A stretch of 64,000 nucleotides of DNA from Auanema rhodensis (taxonomy: Eukaryota > Animalia > Nematoda), in NCBI GenBank assembly GCA_964057225.1, contig CAXKVF010000079.1:248001-312000 (forward strand), read 5' to 3'. Position 1 is the stretch's first letter. Every line of letters starts with the position of its first letter. Of the stretch, positions 12,201-27,593 are shown in pieces. Below the pieces are notes generated by a model. It saw only the letters and a list, made by a program, of their open reading frames with translations, did not search any database and had not been told where the DNA came from. The position numbers were made by a program, and so were the translations under genes.

Positions 12201-15200
12201 TGCACTTGGTATGTAACTCGCTTCACGTGAAAGATAAAGAGATGCGGTTTTCAAAATTAGATTCCCCATGTCCATATTAGTCTAAAAACAAATTTTTATT
12301 GATATTGGTTCATGGTAACCATGTCTTTGAAATTTACGTGAACTTTAATTTATGCTAATTAAATGTACACGTGATGTGCACTTGGTATGTAACTTGCTTC
12401 ACGTGAAGATAAAGAGATGCGGTTTTCAAAATTAGATTCCCCATGTCCATATTAGTCTAAAAACAAATTTTTATTGATATTGGTTCATGGTAACCATGAC
12501 TTTGAAATTTACGTGAACTTTAATTTATGCTAATTAAATGTACACGTGATGTGCACTTGGTATGTAACTCGCTTCACGTGAAAGATAAAGGGATGCGGTT
12601 TTCAAAATTAGATTCCCCACGTCCATATTAGTCTAAAAACAAATTTTTATTGATATTGGTTCATGGTAACCATGTCTTTGAAATTTACGTGAACTTTAAT
12701 TTATGCTAATTAAATGTACACGTGATGTGCACTTGGTATGTAACTCGCTTCACGTGAAAGATAAAGAGATGCGGTTTTCAAAATTAGATTCCCCATGTCC
12801 ATATTAGTCTAAAAACAAATTTTTATTGATATTGGTTCATGGTAACCATGTCTTTGAAATTTACGTGAACTTTAATTTATGCTAATTAAATGTACACGTG
12901 ATGTGCACTTGGTATGTAACTCGCTTCACGTGAAAGATAAAGAGATGCGGTTTTCAAAATTAGATTCCCCATGTCCATATTAAATTAAAAACAAATTTTT
13001 ATTGATATTGGTGCATGGTAACCATGACTTTGAAATTTACGTGAACTTTAATTTATGCTAATTAAATGTACCCGTGATGTGCACTTGGTATGTAACTCGC
13101 TTCACGTAAAAGATAAAGAGATGCGGTTTCCAAAATTAGATTCCCCATGTCCATATTAGTCTAAAAACAAATTTTTATTGATATTGGTTCATGGTAACCA
13201 TGTCTTTGAAATTTACGTGAACTTTAATTTATGCTAATTAAATGTACACGTGATGTGCACTTGGTATGTAACTCGCTTCACGTGAAAGATAAAGAGATGC
13301 GGTTTCCACAATTAGATTCCCCATGTCCATATTAGTTTAAAAACAAATTTTTATTGATATTGGTTCATGGTAACCATGTCTTTGAAATTTACGTGAACTT
13401 TAATTTATGCTAATTAAATGTACACGTGATGTGCACTTGGTATGTAACTCGCTTCACGTGAAAGATAAAGAGATGCGGTTTGCAAAATTAGATTCCCCAT
13501 GTCCATATTAGTCTAAAAACAAATTTTTATTGATATTGGTTCATGGTAACCATGTCTTTGAAATTTACGTGAACTTTAATTTATGCTAATTAAATGTACA
13601 CGTGATGTGCACTTGGTATGTAACTCGCTTCACGTGAAAGATAAAGAGATGCGGTTTTCAAAATTAGATTCCCCATGTCCATATTAGTTTAAAAACAAAT
13701 TTTTATTGATATTGGTGCATGGTAACCATGACTTTGAAATTTACGTGAACTTTAATTTATGCTAATTAAATGTACCCGTGATGTGCACTTGGTATGTAAC
13801 TCGCTTCACGTAAAAGATAAAGAGATGCGGTTTCCAAAATTAGATTCCCCATGTCCATATTAGTCTAAAAACAAATTTTTATTGATATTGGTTCATGGTA
13901 ACCATGTCTTTGAAATTTACGTGAACTTTAATTTATGCTAATTAAATGTACACGTGATGTGCACTTGGTATGTAACTCGCTTCACGTGAAAGATAAAGAG
14001 ATGCGGTTTCCACAATTAGATTCCCCATGTCCATATTAGTCTAAAAACAAATTTTTATTGATATTGGTTCATGGTAACCATGTCTTTGAAATTTACGTGA
14101 ACTTTAATTTATGCTAATTAAATGTACACGTGATGTGCACTTGGTATGTAACTCGCTTCACGTGAAAGATAAAGAGATGCGGTTTTCAAAATTAGATTCC
14201 CCATGTCCATATTAGTCTAAAAACAAATTTTTATTGATATTGGTTCATGGTAACCATGTCTTTGAAATTTACGTGAACTTTAATTTATGCTAATTAAATG
14301 TACACGTGATGTGCACTTGGTATGTAACTTGCTTCACGTGAAGATAAAGAGATGCGGTTTTCAAAATTAGATTCCCCATGTCCATATTAGTCTAAAAACA
14401 AATTTTTATTGATATTGGTTCATGGTAACCATGTCTTTGAAATTTACGTGAACTTTAATTTATGCTAATTAAATGTACACGTGATGTGCACTTGGTATGT
14501 AACTCGCTTCACGTGAAAGATAAAGAGATGCGGTTTTCAAAATTAGATTCCCCATGTCCATATTAGTCTAAAAACAAATTTTTATTGATATTGGTTCATG
14601 GTAACCATGTCTTTGAAATTTACGTGAACTTTAATTTATGCTAATTAAATGTACACGTGATGTGCACTTGGTATGTAACTCGCTTCACGTGAAAGATAAA
14701 GAGATGCGGTTTTCAAAATTAGATTCCCCATGTCCATATTAGTTTAAAAACAAATTTTTATTGATATTGGTGCATGGTAACCATGACTTTGAAATTTACG
14801 TGAACTTTAATTTATGCTAATTAAATGTACCCGTGATGTGCACTTGGTATGTAACTCGCTTCACGTAAAAGATAAAGAGATGCGGTTTCCAAAATTAGAT
14901 TCCCCATGTCCATATTAGTCTAAAAACAAATTTTTATTGATATTGGTTCATGGTAACCATGTCTTTGAAATTTACGTGAACTTTAATTTATGCTAATTAA
15001 ATGTACACGTGATGTGCACTTGGTATGTAACTCGCTTCACGTGAAAGATAAAGAGATGCGGTTTCCACAATTAGATTCCCCATGTCCATATTAGTCTAAA
15101 AACAAATTTTTATTGATATTGGTTCATGGTAACCATGTCTTTGAAATTTACGTGAACTTTAATTTATGCTAATTAAATGTACACGTGATGTGCACTTGGT

Positions 15201-17700
15201 ATGTAACTCGCTTCACGTGAAAGATAAAGAGATGCGGTTTTCAAAATTAGATTCCCCATGTCCATATTAGTCTAAAAACAAATTTTTATTGATATTGGTT
15301 CATGGTAACCATGTCTTTGAAATTTACGTGAACTTTAATTTATGCTAATTAAATGTACACGTGATGTGCACTTGGTATGTAACTTGCTTCACGTGAAGAT
15401 AAAGAGATGCGGTTTTCAAAATTAGATTCCCCATGTCCATATTAGTCTAAAAACAAATTTTTATTGATATTGGTTCATGGTAACCATGACTTTGAAATTT
15501 ACGTGAACTTTAATTTATGCTAATTAAATGTACACGTGATGTGCACTTGGTATGTAACTCGCTTCACGTGAAAGATAAAGGGATGCGGTTTTCAAAATTA
15601 GATTCCCCACGTCCATATTAGTCTAAAAACAAATTTTTATTGATATTGGTTCATGGTAACCATGTCTTTGAAATTTACGTGAACTTTAATTTATGCTAAT
15701 TAAATGTACACGTGATGTGCACTTGGTATGTAACTCGCTTCACGTGAAAGATAAAGAGATGCGGTTTTCAAAATTAGATTCCCCATGTCCATATTAGTCT
15801 AAAAACAAATTTTTATTGATATTGGTTCATGGTAACCATGTCTTTGAAATTTACGTGAACTTTAATTTATGCTAATTAAATGTACACGTGATGTGCACTT
15901 GGTATGTAACTCGCTTCACGTGAAAGATAAAGAGATGCGGTTTTCAAAATTAGATTCCCCATGTCCATATTAGTCTAAAAACAAATTTTTATCGATATTG
16001 GTTCATGGTAACCATGTCTTTGAAATTTACGTGAACTTTAATTTATGCTAATTAAATGTACACGTGATGTGCACTTGGTATGTAACTCGCTTCACGTGAA
16101 AGATAAAGAGATGCGGTTTGCAAAATTAGATTCCCCATGTCCATATTAGTCTAAAAACAAATTTTTATTGATATTGGTTCATGGTAACCATGTCTTTGAA
16201 ATTTACGTGAACTTTAATTTATGCTAATTAAATGTACACGTGATGTGCACTTGGTATGTAACTCGCTTCACGTGAAAGATAAAGAGATGCGGTTTGCAAA
16301 ATTAGATTCCCCATGTCCATATTAGTCTAAAAACAAATTTTTATTGATATTGGTTCATGGTAACCATGTCTTTGAAATTTACGTGAACTTTAATTTATGC
16401 TAATTAAATGTACACGTGATGTGCACTTGGTATGTAACTCGCTTCACGTGAAAGATAAAGAGATGCGGTTTTCAAAATTAGATTCCCCATGTCCATATTA
16501 GTCTAAAAACAAATTTTTATTGATATTGGTTCATGGTAACCATGTCTTTGAAATTTACGTGAACTTTAATTTATGCTAATTAAATGTACACGTGATGTGC
16601 ACTTGGTATGTAACTTGCTTCACGTGAAGATAAAGAGATGCGGTTTTCAAAATTAGATTCCCCATGTCCATATTAGTCTAAAAACAAATTTTTATTGATA
16701 TTGGTTCATGGTAACCATGACTTTGAAATTTACGTGAACTTTAATTTATGCTAATTAAATGTACACGTGATGTGCACTTGGTATGTAACTCGCTTCACGT
16801 GAAAGATAAAGGGATGCGGTTTTCAAAATTAGATTCCCCACGTCCATATTAGTCTAAAAACAAATTTTTATTGATATTGGTTCATGGTAACCATGTCTTT
16901 GAAATTTACGTGAACTTTAATTTATGCTAATTAAATGTACACGTGATGTGCACTTGGTATGTAACTCGCTTCACGTGAAAGATAAAGAGATGCGGTTTTC
17001 AAAATTAGATTCCCCATGTCCATATTAGTCTAAAAACAAATTTTTATTGATATTGGTTCATGGTAACCATGTCTTTGAAATTTACGTGAACTTTAATTTA
17101 TGCTAATTAAATGTACACGTGATGTGCACTTGGTATGTAACTCGCTTCACGTGAAAGATAAAGAGATGCGGTTTTCAAAATTAGATTCCCCATGTCCATA
17201 TTAGTTTAAAAACAAATTTTTATTGATATTGGTGCATGGTAACCATGACTTTGAAATTTACGTGAACTTTAATTTATGCTAATTAAATGTACCCGTGATG
17301 TGCACTTGGTATGTAACTCGCTTCACGTAAAAGATAAAGAGATGCGGTTTCCAAAATTAGATTCCCCATGTCCATATTAGTCTAAAAACAAATTTTTATT
17401 GATATTGGTTCATGGTAACCATGTCTTTGAAATTTACGTGAACTTTAATTTATGCTAATTAAATGTACACGTGATGTGCACTTGGTATGTAACTCGCTTC
17501 ACGTGAAAGATAAAGAGATGCGGTTTCCACAATTAGATTCCCCATGTCCATATTAGTCTAAAAACAAATTTTTATTGATATTGGTTCATGGTAACCATGT
17601 CTTTGAAATTTACGTGAACTTTAATTTATGCTAATTAAATGTACACGTGATGTGCACTTGGTATGTAACTCGCTTCACGTGAAAGATAAAGAGATGCGGT
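9300..17700. repeat. Near-tandem 24-monomer duplication, offset 4221 bp
   Basis: TTATCGAT at 11772/15993; paired GGTTTGC monomers at about 11899 and 12075 vs about 16120 and 16296; deletion monomers at about 10107, 11162 and 12394 vs about 14328, 15383 and 16615. 24x176-3=4221. Confidence 0.85.
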
Positions 17701-20700
17701 TTTCAAAATTAGATTCCCCATGTCCATATTAGTCTAAAAACAAATTTTTATTGATATTGGTTCATGGTAACCATGTCTTTGAAATTTACGTGAACTTTAA
17801 TTTATGCTAATTAAATGTACACGTGATGTGCACTTGGTATGTAACTTGCTTCACGTGAAGATAAAGAGATGCGGTTTTCAAAATTAGATTCCCCATGTCC
17901 ATATTAGTCTAAAAACAAATTTTTATTGATATTGGTTCATGGTAACCATGACTTTGAAATTTACGTGAACTTTAATTTATGCTAATTAAATGTACACGTG
18001 ATGTGCACTTGGTATGTAACTCGCTTCACGTGAAAGATAAAGGGATGCGGTTTTCAAAATTAGATTCCCCACGTCCATATTAGTCTAAAAACAAATTTTT
18101 ATTGATATTGGTTCATGGTAACCATGTCTTTGAAATTTACGTGAACTTTAATTTATGCTAATTAAATGTACACGTGATGTGCACTTGGTATGTAACTCGC
18201 TTCACGTGAAAGATAAAGAGATGCGGTTTTCAAAATTAGATTCCCCATGTCCATATTAGTCTAAAAACAAATTTTTATTGATATTGGTTCATGGTAACCA
18301 TGTCTTTGAAATTTACGTGAACTTTAATTTATGCTAATTAAATGTACACGTGATGTGCACTTGGTATGTAACTCGCTTCACGTGAAAGATAAAGAGATGC
18401 GGTTTTCAAAATTAGATTCCCCATGTCCATATTAGTTTAAAAACAAATTTTTATTGATATTGGTGCATGGTAACCATGACTTTGAAATTTACGTGAACTT
18501 TAATTTATGCTAATTAAATGTACACGTGATGTGCACTTGGTATGTAACTCGCTTCACGTAAAAGATAAAGAGATGCGGTTTCCAAAATTAGATTCCCCAT
18601 GTCTATATTAGTCCAAAAACAATCTTTTATTGATATTGGTTCATGGTAACCATGTCTTTGAAATTTACGTGAACTTTAATTTATGCTAATTAAATGTACA
18701 CGTGATGTGCACTTGGTATGTAACTCGCTTCACGTGAAAGATAAAGAGATGCGGTTTTCAAAATTAGATTCCCCATGTCCATATTAGTCTAAAAACAAAT
18801 TTTTATTGATATTGGTTCATGGTAACCATGTCTTTGAAATTTACGTGAACTTTAATTTATGCTAATTAAATGTACACGTGATGTGCACTTGGTATGTAAC
18901 TTGCTTCACGTGAAGATAAAGAGATGCGGTTTTCAAAATTAGATTCCCCATGTCCATATTAGTCTAAAAACAAATTTTTATTGATATTGGTTCATGGTAA
19001 CCATGACTTTGAAATTTACGTGAACTTTAATTTATGCTAATTAAATGTACACGTGATGTGCACTTGGTATGTAACTCGCTTCACGTGAAAGATAAAGGGA
19101 TGCGGTTTTCAAAATTAGATTCCCCATGTCCATATTAGTCCAAAAACAATCTTTTATTGATATTGGTTCATGGTAACCATGTCTTTGAAATTTACGTGAA
19201 CTTTAATTTATGCTAATTAAATGTACACGTGATGTGCACTTGGTATGTAACTCGCTTCACGTGAAAGATAAAGAGATGCGGTTTTCAAAATTAGATTCCC
19301 CATGTCCATATTAGTCTAAAAACAAATTTTTATTGATATTGGTTCATGGTAACCATGACTTTGAAATTTACGTGAACTTTAATTTATGCTAATTAAATGT
19401 ACACGTGATGTGCACTTGGTATGTAACTCGCTTCACGTGAAAGATAAAGAGATGCGGTTTTCAAAATTAGATTCCCCATGTCCATATTAGTCTAAAAACA
19501 AATTTTTATTGATATTGGTTCATGGTAACCATGTCTTTGAAATTTACGTGAACTTTAATTTATGCTAATTAAATGTACACGTGATGTGCACTTGGTATGT
19601 AACTCGCTTCACGTGAAAGATAAAGAGATGCGGTTTTCAAAATTAGATTCCCCATGTCCATATTAGTCTAAAAACAAATTTTTATTGATATTGGTTCATG
19701 GTAACCATGTCTTTGAAATTTACGTGAACTTTAATTTATGCTAATTAAATGTACACGTGATGTGCACTTGGTATGTAACTTGCTTCACGTGAAGATAAAG
19801 AGATGCGGTTTTCAAAATTAGATTCCCCATGTCCATATTAGTCTAAAAACAAATTTTTATTGATATTGGTTCATGGTAACCATGACTTTGAAATTTACGT
19901 GAACTTTAATTTATGCTAATTAAATGTACACGTGATGTGCACTTGGTATGTAACTTGCTTCACGTGAAAGATAAAGGGATGCGGTTTTCAAAATTAGATT
20001 CCCCATGTCCATATTAGTCCAAAAACAAATTTTTATTGATATTGGTTCATGGTAACCATGTCTTTGAAATTTACGTGAACTTTAATTTATGCTAATTAAA
20101 TGTACACGTGATGTGCACTTGGTATGTAACTCGCTTCACGTGAAAGATAAAGAGATGCGGTTTTCAAAATTAGATTCCCCATGTCCATATTAGTCCAAAA
20201 ACAATCTTTTATTGATATTGGTTCATGGTAACCATGTCTTTGAAATTTACGTGAACTTTAATTTATGCTAATTAAATGTACACGTGATGTGCACTTGGTA
20301 TGTAACTCGCTTCACGTGAAAGATGAAGAGATGCGGTTTTCAAAATTAGATTCCCCATGTCCATATTAGTTTAAAAACAAATTTTTATTGATATTGGTGC
20401 ATGGTAACCATGACTTTGAAATTTACGTGAACTTTAATTTATGCTAATTAAATGTACACGTGATGTGCACTTGGTATGTAACTCGCTTCACGTAAAAGAT
20501 AAAGAGATGCGGTTTTCAAAATTAGATTCCCCATGTCCATATTAGTCTAAAAACAAATTTTTATTGATGTTGGTGCATGGTAACCATGACTTTGAAATTT
20601 ACGTGAACTTTAATTTATGCTAATTAAATGTACACGTGATGTGCACTTGGTATGTAACTTGCTTCACGTGAAAGATAAAGAGATGCGGTTTTCAAAATTA

Positions 20701-23700
20701 GATTCCCCATGTCCATATTAGTCTAAAAACAAATTTTTATTGATATTGGTTCATGGTAACCATGTCTTTGAAATTTACGTGAACTTTAATTTATGCTAAT
20801 TAAATGTACACGTGATGTGCACTTGGTATGTAACTTGCTTCACGTGAAGATAAAGAGATGCGGTTTTCAAAATTAGATTCCCCATGTCCATATTAGTCTA
20901 AAAACAATTTTTTATTGATATTGGTTCATGGTAACCATGACTTTGAAATTTACGTGAACTTTAATTTATGCTAATTAAATGTACACGTGATGTGCACTTG
21001 GTATGTAACTCGCTTCACGTGAAAGATAAAGGGATGCGGTTTTCAAAATTAGATTCCCCATGTCCATATTAGTCCAAAAACAATCTTTTATTGATATTGG
21101 TTCATGGTAACCATGTCTTTGAAATTTACGTGAACTTTAATTTATGCTAATTAAATGTACACGTGATGTGCACTTGGTATGTAACTCGCTTCACGTGAAA
21201 GATAAAGAGATGCGGTTTTCAAAATTAGATTCCCCATGTCCATATTAGTTTAAAAACAAATTTTTATTGATATTGGTGCATGGTAACCATGACTTTGAAA
21301 TTTACGTGAACTTTAATTTATGCTAATTAAATGTACACGTGATGTGCACTTGGTATGTAACTCGCTTCACGTGAAAGATAAAGAGATGCGGTTTTCAAAA
21401 TTAGATTCCCCATGTCCATATTAGTCTAAAAACAAATTTTTATTGATATTGGTTCATGGTAACCATGTCTTTGAAATTTACGTGAACTTTAATTTATGCT
21501 AATTAAATGTACACGTGATGTGCACTTGGTATGTAACTCGCTTCACGTGAAAGATAAAGAGATGCGGTTTTCAAAATTAGATTCCCCATGTCCATATTAG
21601 TCTAAAAACAAATTTTTATTGATATTGGTTCATGGTAACCATGTCTTTGAAATTTACGTGAACTTTAATTTATGCTAATTAAATGTACACGTGATGTGCA
21701 CTTGGTATGTAACTCGCTTCACGTGAAAGATAAAGAGATGCGGTTTTCAAAATTAGATTCCCCATGTCCATATTAGTCTAAAAACAAATTTTTATTGATA
21801 TTGGTTCATGGTAACCATGACTTTGAAATTTACGTGAACTTTAATTTATGCTAATTAAATGTACACGTGATGTGCACTTGGTATGTAACTCGCTTCACGT
21901 GAAAGATAAAGAGATGCGGTTTTCAAAATTAGATTCCCCATGTCCATATTAGTCTAAAAACAATCTTTTATTGATATTGGTTCATGGTAACCATGTCTTT
22001 GAAATTTACGTGAACTTTAATTTATGCTAATTAAATGTACACGTGATGTGCACTTGGTATGTAACTCGCTTCACGTGAAAGATAAAGAGATGCGGTTTTC
22101 AAAATTAGATTCCCCATGTCCATATTAGTCTAAAAACAAATTTTTATTGATATTGGTTCATGGTAACCATGTCTTTGAAATTTACGTGAACTTTAATTTA
22201 TGCTAATTAAATGTACACGTGATGTGCACTTGGTATGTAACTTGCTTCACGTGAAGATAAAGAGATGCGGTTTTCAAAATTAGATTCCCCATGTCCATAT
22301 TAGTCTAAAAACAAATTTTTATTGATATTGGTTCATGGTAACCATGACTTTGAAATTTACGTGAACTTTAATTTATGCTAATTAAATGTACACGTGATGT
22401 GCACTTGGTATGTAACTCGCTTCACGTGAAAGATAAAGGGATGCGGTTTTCAAAATTAGATTCCCCACGTCCATATTAGTCTAAAAACAAATTTTTATTG
22501 ATATTGGTTCATGGTAACCATGTCTTTGAAATTTACGTGAACTTTAATTTATGCTAATTAAATGTACACGTGATGTGCACTTGGTATGTAACTCGCTTCA
22601 CGTGAAAGATAAAGAGATGCGGTTTTCAAAATTAGATTCCCCATGTCCATATTAGTCTAAAAACAAATTTTTATTGATATTGGTTCATGGTAACCATGTC
22701 TTTGAAATTTACGTGAACTTTAATTTATGCTAATTAAATGTACACGTGATGTGCACTTGGTATGTAACTCGCTTCACGTGAAAGATAAAGAGATGCGGTT
22801 TTCAAAATTAGATTCCCCATGTCCATATTAGTTTAAAAACAAATTTTTATTGATATTGGTGCATGGTAACCATGACTTTGAAATTTACGTGAACTTTAAT
22901 TTATGCTAATTAAATGTACCCGTGATGTGCACTTGGTATGTAACTCGCTTCACGTAAAAGATAAAGAGATGCGGTTTCCAAAATTAGATTCCCCATGTCC
23001 ATATTAGTCTAAAAACAAATTTTTATTGATATTGGTTCATGGTAACCATGTCTTTGAAATTTACGTGAACTTTAATTTATGCTAATTAAATGTACACGTG
23101 ATGTGCACTTGGTATGTAACTCGCTTCACGTGAAAGATAAAGAGATGCGGTTTCCACAATTAGATTCCCCATGTCCATATTAGTCTAAAAACAAATTTTT
23201 ATTGATATTGGTTCATGGTAACCATGTCTTTGAAATTTACGTGAACTTTAATTTATGCTAATTAAATGTACACGTGATGTGCACTTGGTATGTAACTCGC
23301 TTCACGTGAAAGATAAAGAGATGCGGTTTTCAAAATTAGATTCCCCATGTCCATATTAGTCTAAAAACAAATTTTTATTGATATTGGTTCATGGTAACCA
23401 TGTCTTTGAAATTTACGTGAACTTTAATTTATGCTAATTAAATGTACACGTGATGTGCACTTGGTATGTAACTTGCTTCACGTGAAGATAAAGAGATGCG
23501 GTTTTCAAAATTAGATTCCCCATGTCCATATTAGTCTAAAAACAAATTTTTATTGATATTGGTTCATGGTAACCATGACTTTGAAATTTACGTGAACTTT
23601 AATTTATGCTAATTAAATGTACACGTGATGTGCACTTGGTATGTAACTCGCTTCACGTGAAAGATAAAGGGATGCGGTTTTCAAAATTAGATTCCCCACG

Positions 23701-26700
23701 TCCATATTAGTCTAAAAACAAATTTTTATTGATATTGGTTCATGGTAACCATGTCTTTGAAATTTACGTGAACTTTAATTTATGCTAATTAAATGTACAC
23801 GTGATGTGCACTTGGTATGTAACTCGCTTCACGTGAAAGATAAAGAGATGCGGTTTTCAAAATTAGATTCCCCATGTCCATATTAGTCTAAAAACAAATT
23901 TTTATTGATATTGGTTCATGGTAACCATGTCTTTGAAATTTACGTGAACTTTAATTTATGCTAATTAAATGTACACGTGATGTGCACTTGGTATGTAACT
24001 CGCTTCACGTGAAAGATAAAGAGATGCGGTTTTCAAAATTAGATTCCCCATGTCCATATTAGTTTAAAAACAAATTTTTATTGATATTGGTGCATGGTAA
24101 CCATGACTTTGAAATTTACGTGAACTTTAATTTATGCTAATTAAATGTACACGTGATGTGCACTTGGTATGTAACTCGCTTCACGTAAAAGATAAAGAGA
24201 TGCGGTTTCCAAAATTAGATTCCCCATGTCTATATTAGTCCAAAAACAATCTTTTATTGATATTGGTTCATGGTAACCATGTCTTTGAAATTTACGTGAA
24301 CTTTAATTTATGCTAATTAAATGTACACGTGATGTGCACTTGGTATGTAACTCGCTTCACGTGAAAGATAAAGAGATGCGGTTTTCAAAATTAGATTCCC
24401 CATGTCCATATTAGTCTAAAAACAAATTTTTATTGATATTGGTTCATGGTAACCATGTCTTTGAAATTTACGTGAACTTTAATTTATGCTAATTAAATGT
24501 ACACGTGATGTGCACTTGGTATGTAACTTGCTTCACGTGAAGATAAAGAGATGCGGTTTTCAAAATTAGATTCCCCATGTCCATATTAGTCTAAAAACAA
24601 ATTTTTATTGATATTGGTTCATGGTAACCATGACTTTGAAATTTACGTGAACTTTAATTTATGCTAATTAAATGTACACGTGATGTGCACTTGGTATGTA
24701 ACTCGCTTCACGTGAAAGATAAAGGGATGCGGTTTTCAAAATTAGATTCCCCATGTCCATATTAGTCCAAAAACAATCTTTTATTGATATTGGTTCATGG
24801 TAACCATGTCTTTGAAATTTACGTGAACTTTAATTTATGCTAATTAAATGTACACGTGATGTGCACTTGGTATGTAACTCGCTTCACGTGAAAGATAAAG
24901 AGATGCGGTTTTCAAAATTAGATTCCCCATGTCCATATTAGTCTAAAAACAAATTTTTATTGATATTGGTTCATGGTAACCATGACTTTGAAATTTACGT
25001 GAACTTTAATTTATGCTAATTAAATGTACACGTGATGTGCACTTGGTATGTAACTCGCTTCACGTGAAAGATAAAGAGATGCGGTTTTCAAAATTAGATT
25101 CCCCATGTCCATATTAGTCTAAAAACAAATTTTTATTGATATTGGTTCATGGTAACCATGTCTTTGAAATTTACGTGAACTTTAATTTATGCTAATTAAA
25201 TGTACACGTGATGTGCACTTGGTATGTAACTCGCTTCACGTGAAAGATAAAGAGATGCGGTTTTCAAAATTAGATTCCCCATGTCCATATTAGTCTAAAA
25301 ACAAATTTTTATTGATATTGGTTCATGGTAACCATGTCTTTGAAATTTACGTGAACTTTAATTTATGCTAATTAAATGTACACGTGATGTGCACTTGGTA
25401 TGTAACTTGCTTCACGTGAAGATAAAGAGATGCGGTTTTCAAAATTAGATTCCCCATGTCCATATTAGTCTAAAAACAAATTTTTATTGATATTGGTTCA
25501 TGGTAACCATGACTTTGAAATTTACGTGAACTTTAATTTATGCTAATTAAATGTACACGTGATGTGCACTTGGTATGTAACTTGCTTCACGTGAAAGATA
25601 AAGGGATGCGGTTTTCAAAATTAGATTCCCCATGTCCATATTAGTCCAAAAACAAATTTTTATTGATATTGGTTCATGGTAACCATGTCTTTGAAATTTA
25701 CGTGAACTTTAATTTATGCTAATTAAATGTACACGTGATGTGCACTTGGTATGTAACTCGCTTCACGTGAAAGATAAAGAGATGCGGTTTTCAAAATTAG
25801 ATTCCCCATGTCCATATTAGTCCAAAAACAATCTTTTATTGATATTGGTTCATGGTAACCATGTCTTTGAAATTTACGTGAACTTTAATTTATGCTAATT
25901 AAATGTACACGTGATGTGCACTTGGTATGTAACTCGCTTCACGTGAAAGATGAAGAGATGCGGTTTTCAAAATTAGATTCCCCATGTCCATATTAGTTTA
26001 AAAACAAATTTTTATTGATATTGGTGCATGGTAACCATGACTTTGAAATTTACGTGAACTTTAATTTATGCTAATTAAATGTACACGTGATGTGCACTTG
26101 GTATGTAACTCGCTTCACGTAAAAGATAAAGAGATGCGGTTTTCAAAATTAGATTCCCCATGTCCATATTAGTCTAAAAACAAATTTTTATTGATGTTGG
26201 TGCATGGTAACCATGACTTTGAAATTTACGTGAACTTTAATTTATGCTAATTAAATGTACACGTGATGTGCACTTGGTATGTAACTTGCTTCACGTGAAA
26301 GATAAAGAGATGCGGTTTTCAAAATTAGATTCCCCATGTCCATATTAGTCTAAAAACAAATTTTTATTGATATTGGTTCATGGTAACCATGTCTTTGAAA
26401 TTTACGTGAACTTTAATTTATGCTAATTAAATGTACACGTGATGTGCACTTGGTATGTAACTTGCTTCACGTGAAGATAAAGAGATGCGGTTTTCAAAAT
26501 TAGATTCCCCATGTCCATATTAGTCTAAAAACAATTTTTTATTGATATTGGTTCATGGTAACCATGACTTTGAAATTTACGTGAACTTTAATTTATGCTA
26601 ATTAAATGTACACGTGATGTGCACTTGGTATGTAACTCGCTTCACGTGAAAGATAAAGGGATGCGGTTTTCAAAATTAGATTCCCCATGTCCATATTAGT

Positions 26701-27593
26701 CCAAAAACAATCTTTTATTGATATTGGTTCATGGTAACCATGTCTTTGAAATTTACGTGAACTTTAATTTATGCTAATTAAATGTACACGTGATGTGCAC
26801 TTGGTATGTAACTCGCTTCACGTGAAAGATAAAGAGATGCGGTTTTCAAAATTAGATTCCCCATGTCCATATTAGTTTAAAAACAAATTTTTATTGATAT
26901 TGGTGCATGGTAACCATGACTTTGAAATTTACGTGAACTTTAATTTATGCTAATTAAATGTACACGTGATGTGCACTTGGTATGTAACTCGCTTCACGTG
27001 AAAGATAAAGAGATGCGGTTTTCAAAATTAGATTCCCCATGTCCATATTAGTCTAAAAACAAATTTTTATTGATATTGGTTCATGGTAACCATGTCTTTG
27101 AAATTTACGTGAACTTTAATTTATGCTAATTAAATGTACACGTGATGTGCACTTGGTATGTAACTCGCTTCACGTGAAAGATAAAGAGATGCGGTTTTCA
27201 AAATTAGATTCCCCATGTCCATATTAGTCTAAAAACAAATTTTTATTGATATTGGTTCATGGTAACCATGTCTTTGAAATTTACGTGAACTTTAATTTAT
27301 GCTAATTAAATGTACACGTGATGTGCACTTGGTATGTAACTCGCTTCACGTGAAAGATAAAGAGATGCGGTTTTCAAAATTAGATTCCCCATGTCCATAT
27401 TAGTCTAAAAACAAATTTTTATTGATATTGGTTCATGGTAACCATGACTTTGAAATTTACGTGAACTTTAATTTATGCTAATTAAATGTACACGTGATGT
27501 GCACTTGGTATGTAACTCGCTTCACGTGAAAGATAAAGAGATGCGGTTTTCAAAATTAGATTCCCCATGTCCATATTAGTCTAAAAACAATCT
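16340..27593. repeat. Tandem 32-monomer duplication, offset 5627 bp (16340-21966 / 21967-27593)
   Basis: GTCTATAT at 18604/24231; TTGATGTTGG at 20569/26196; CAATCTTT at 21965/27592; five deletion monomers per unit in register. 32x176-5=5627. Confidence 0.9.
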
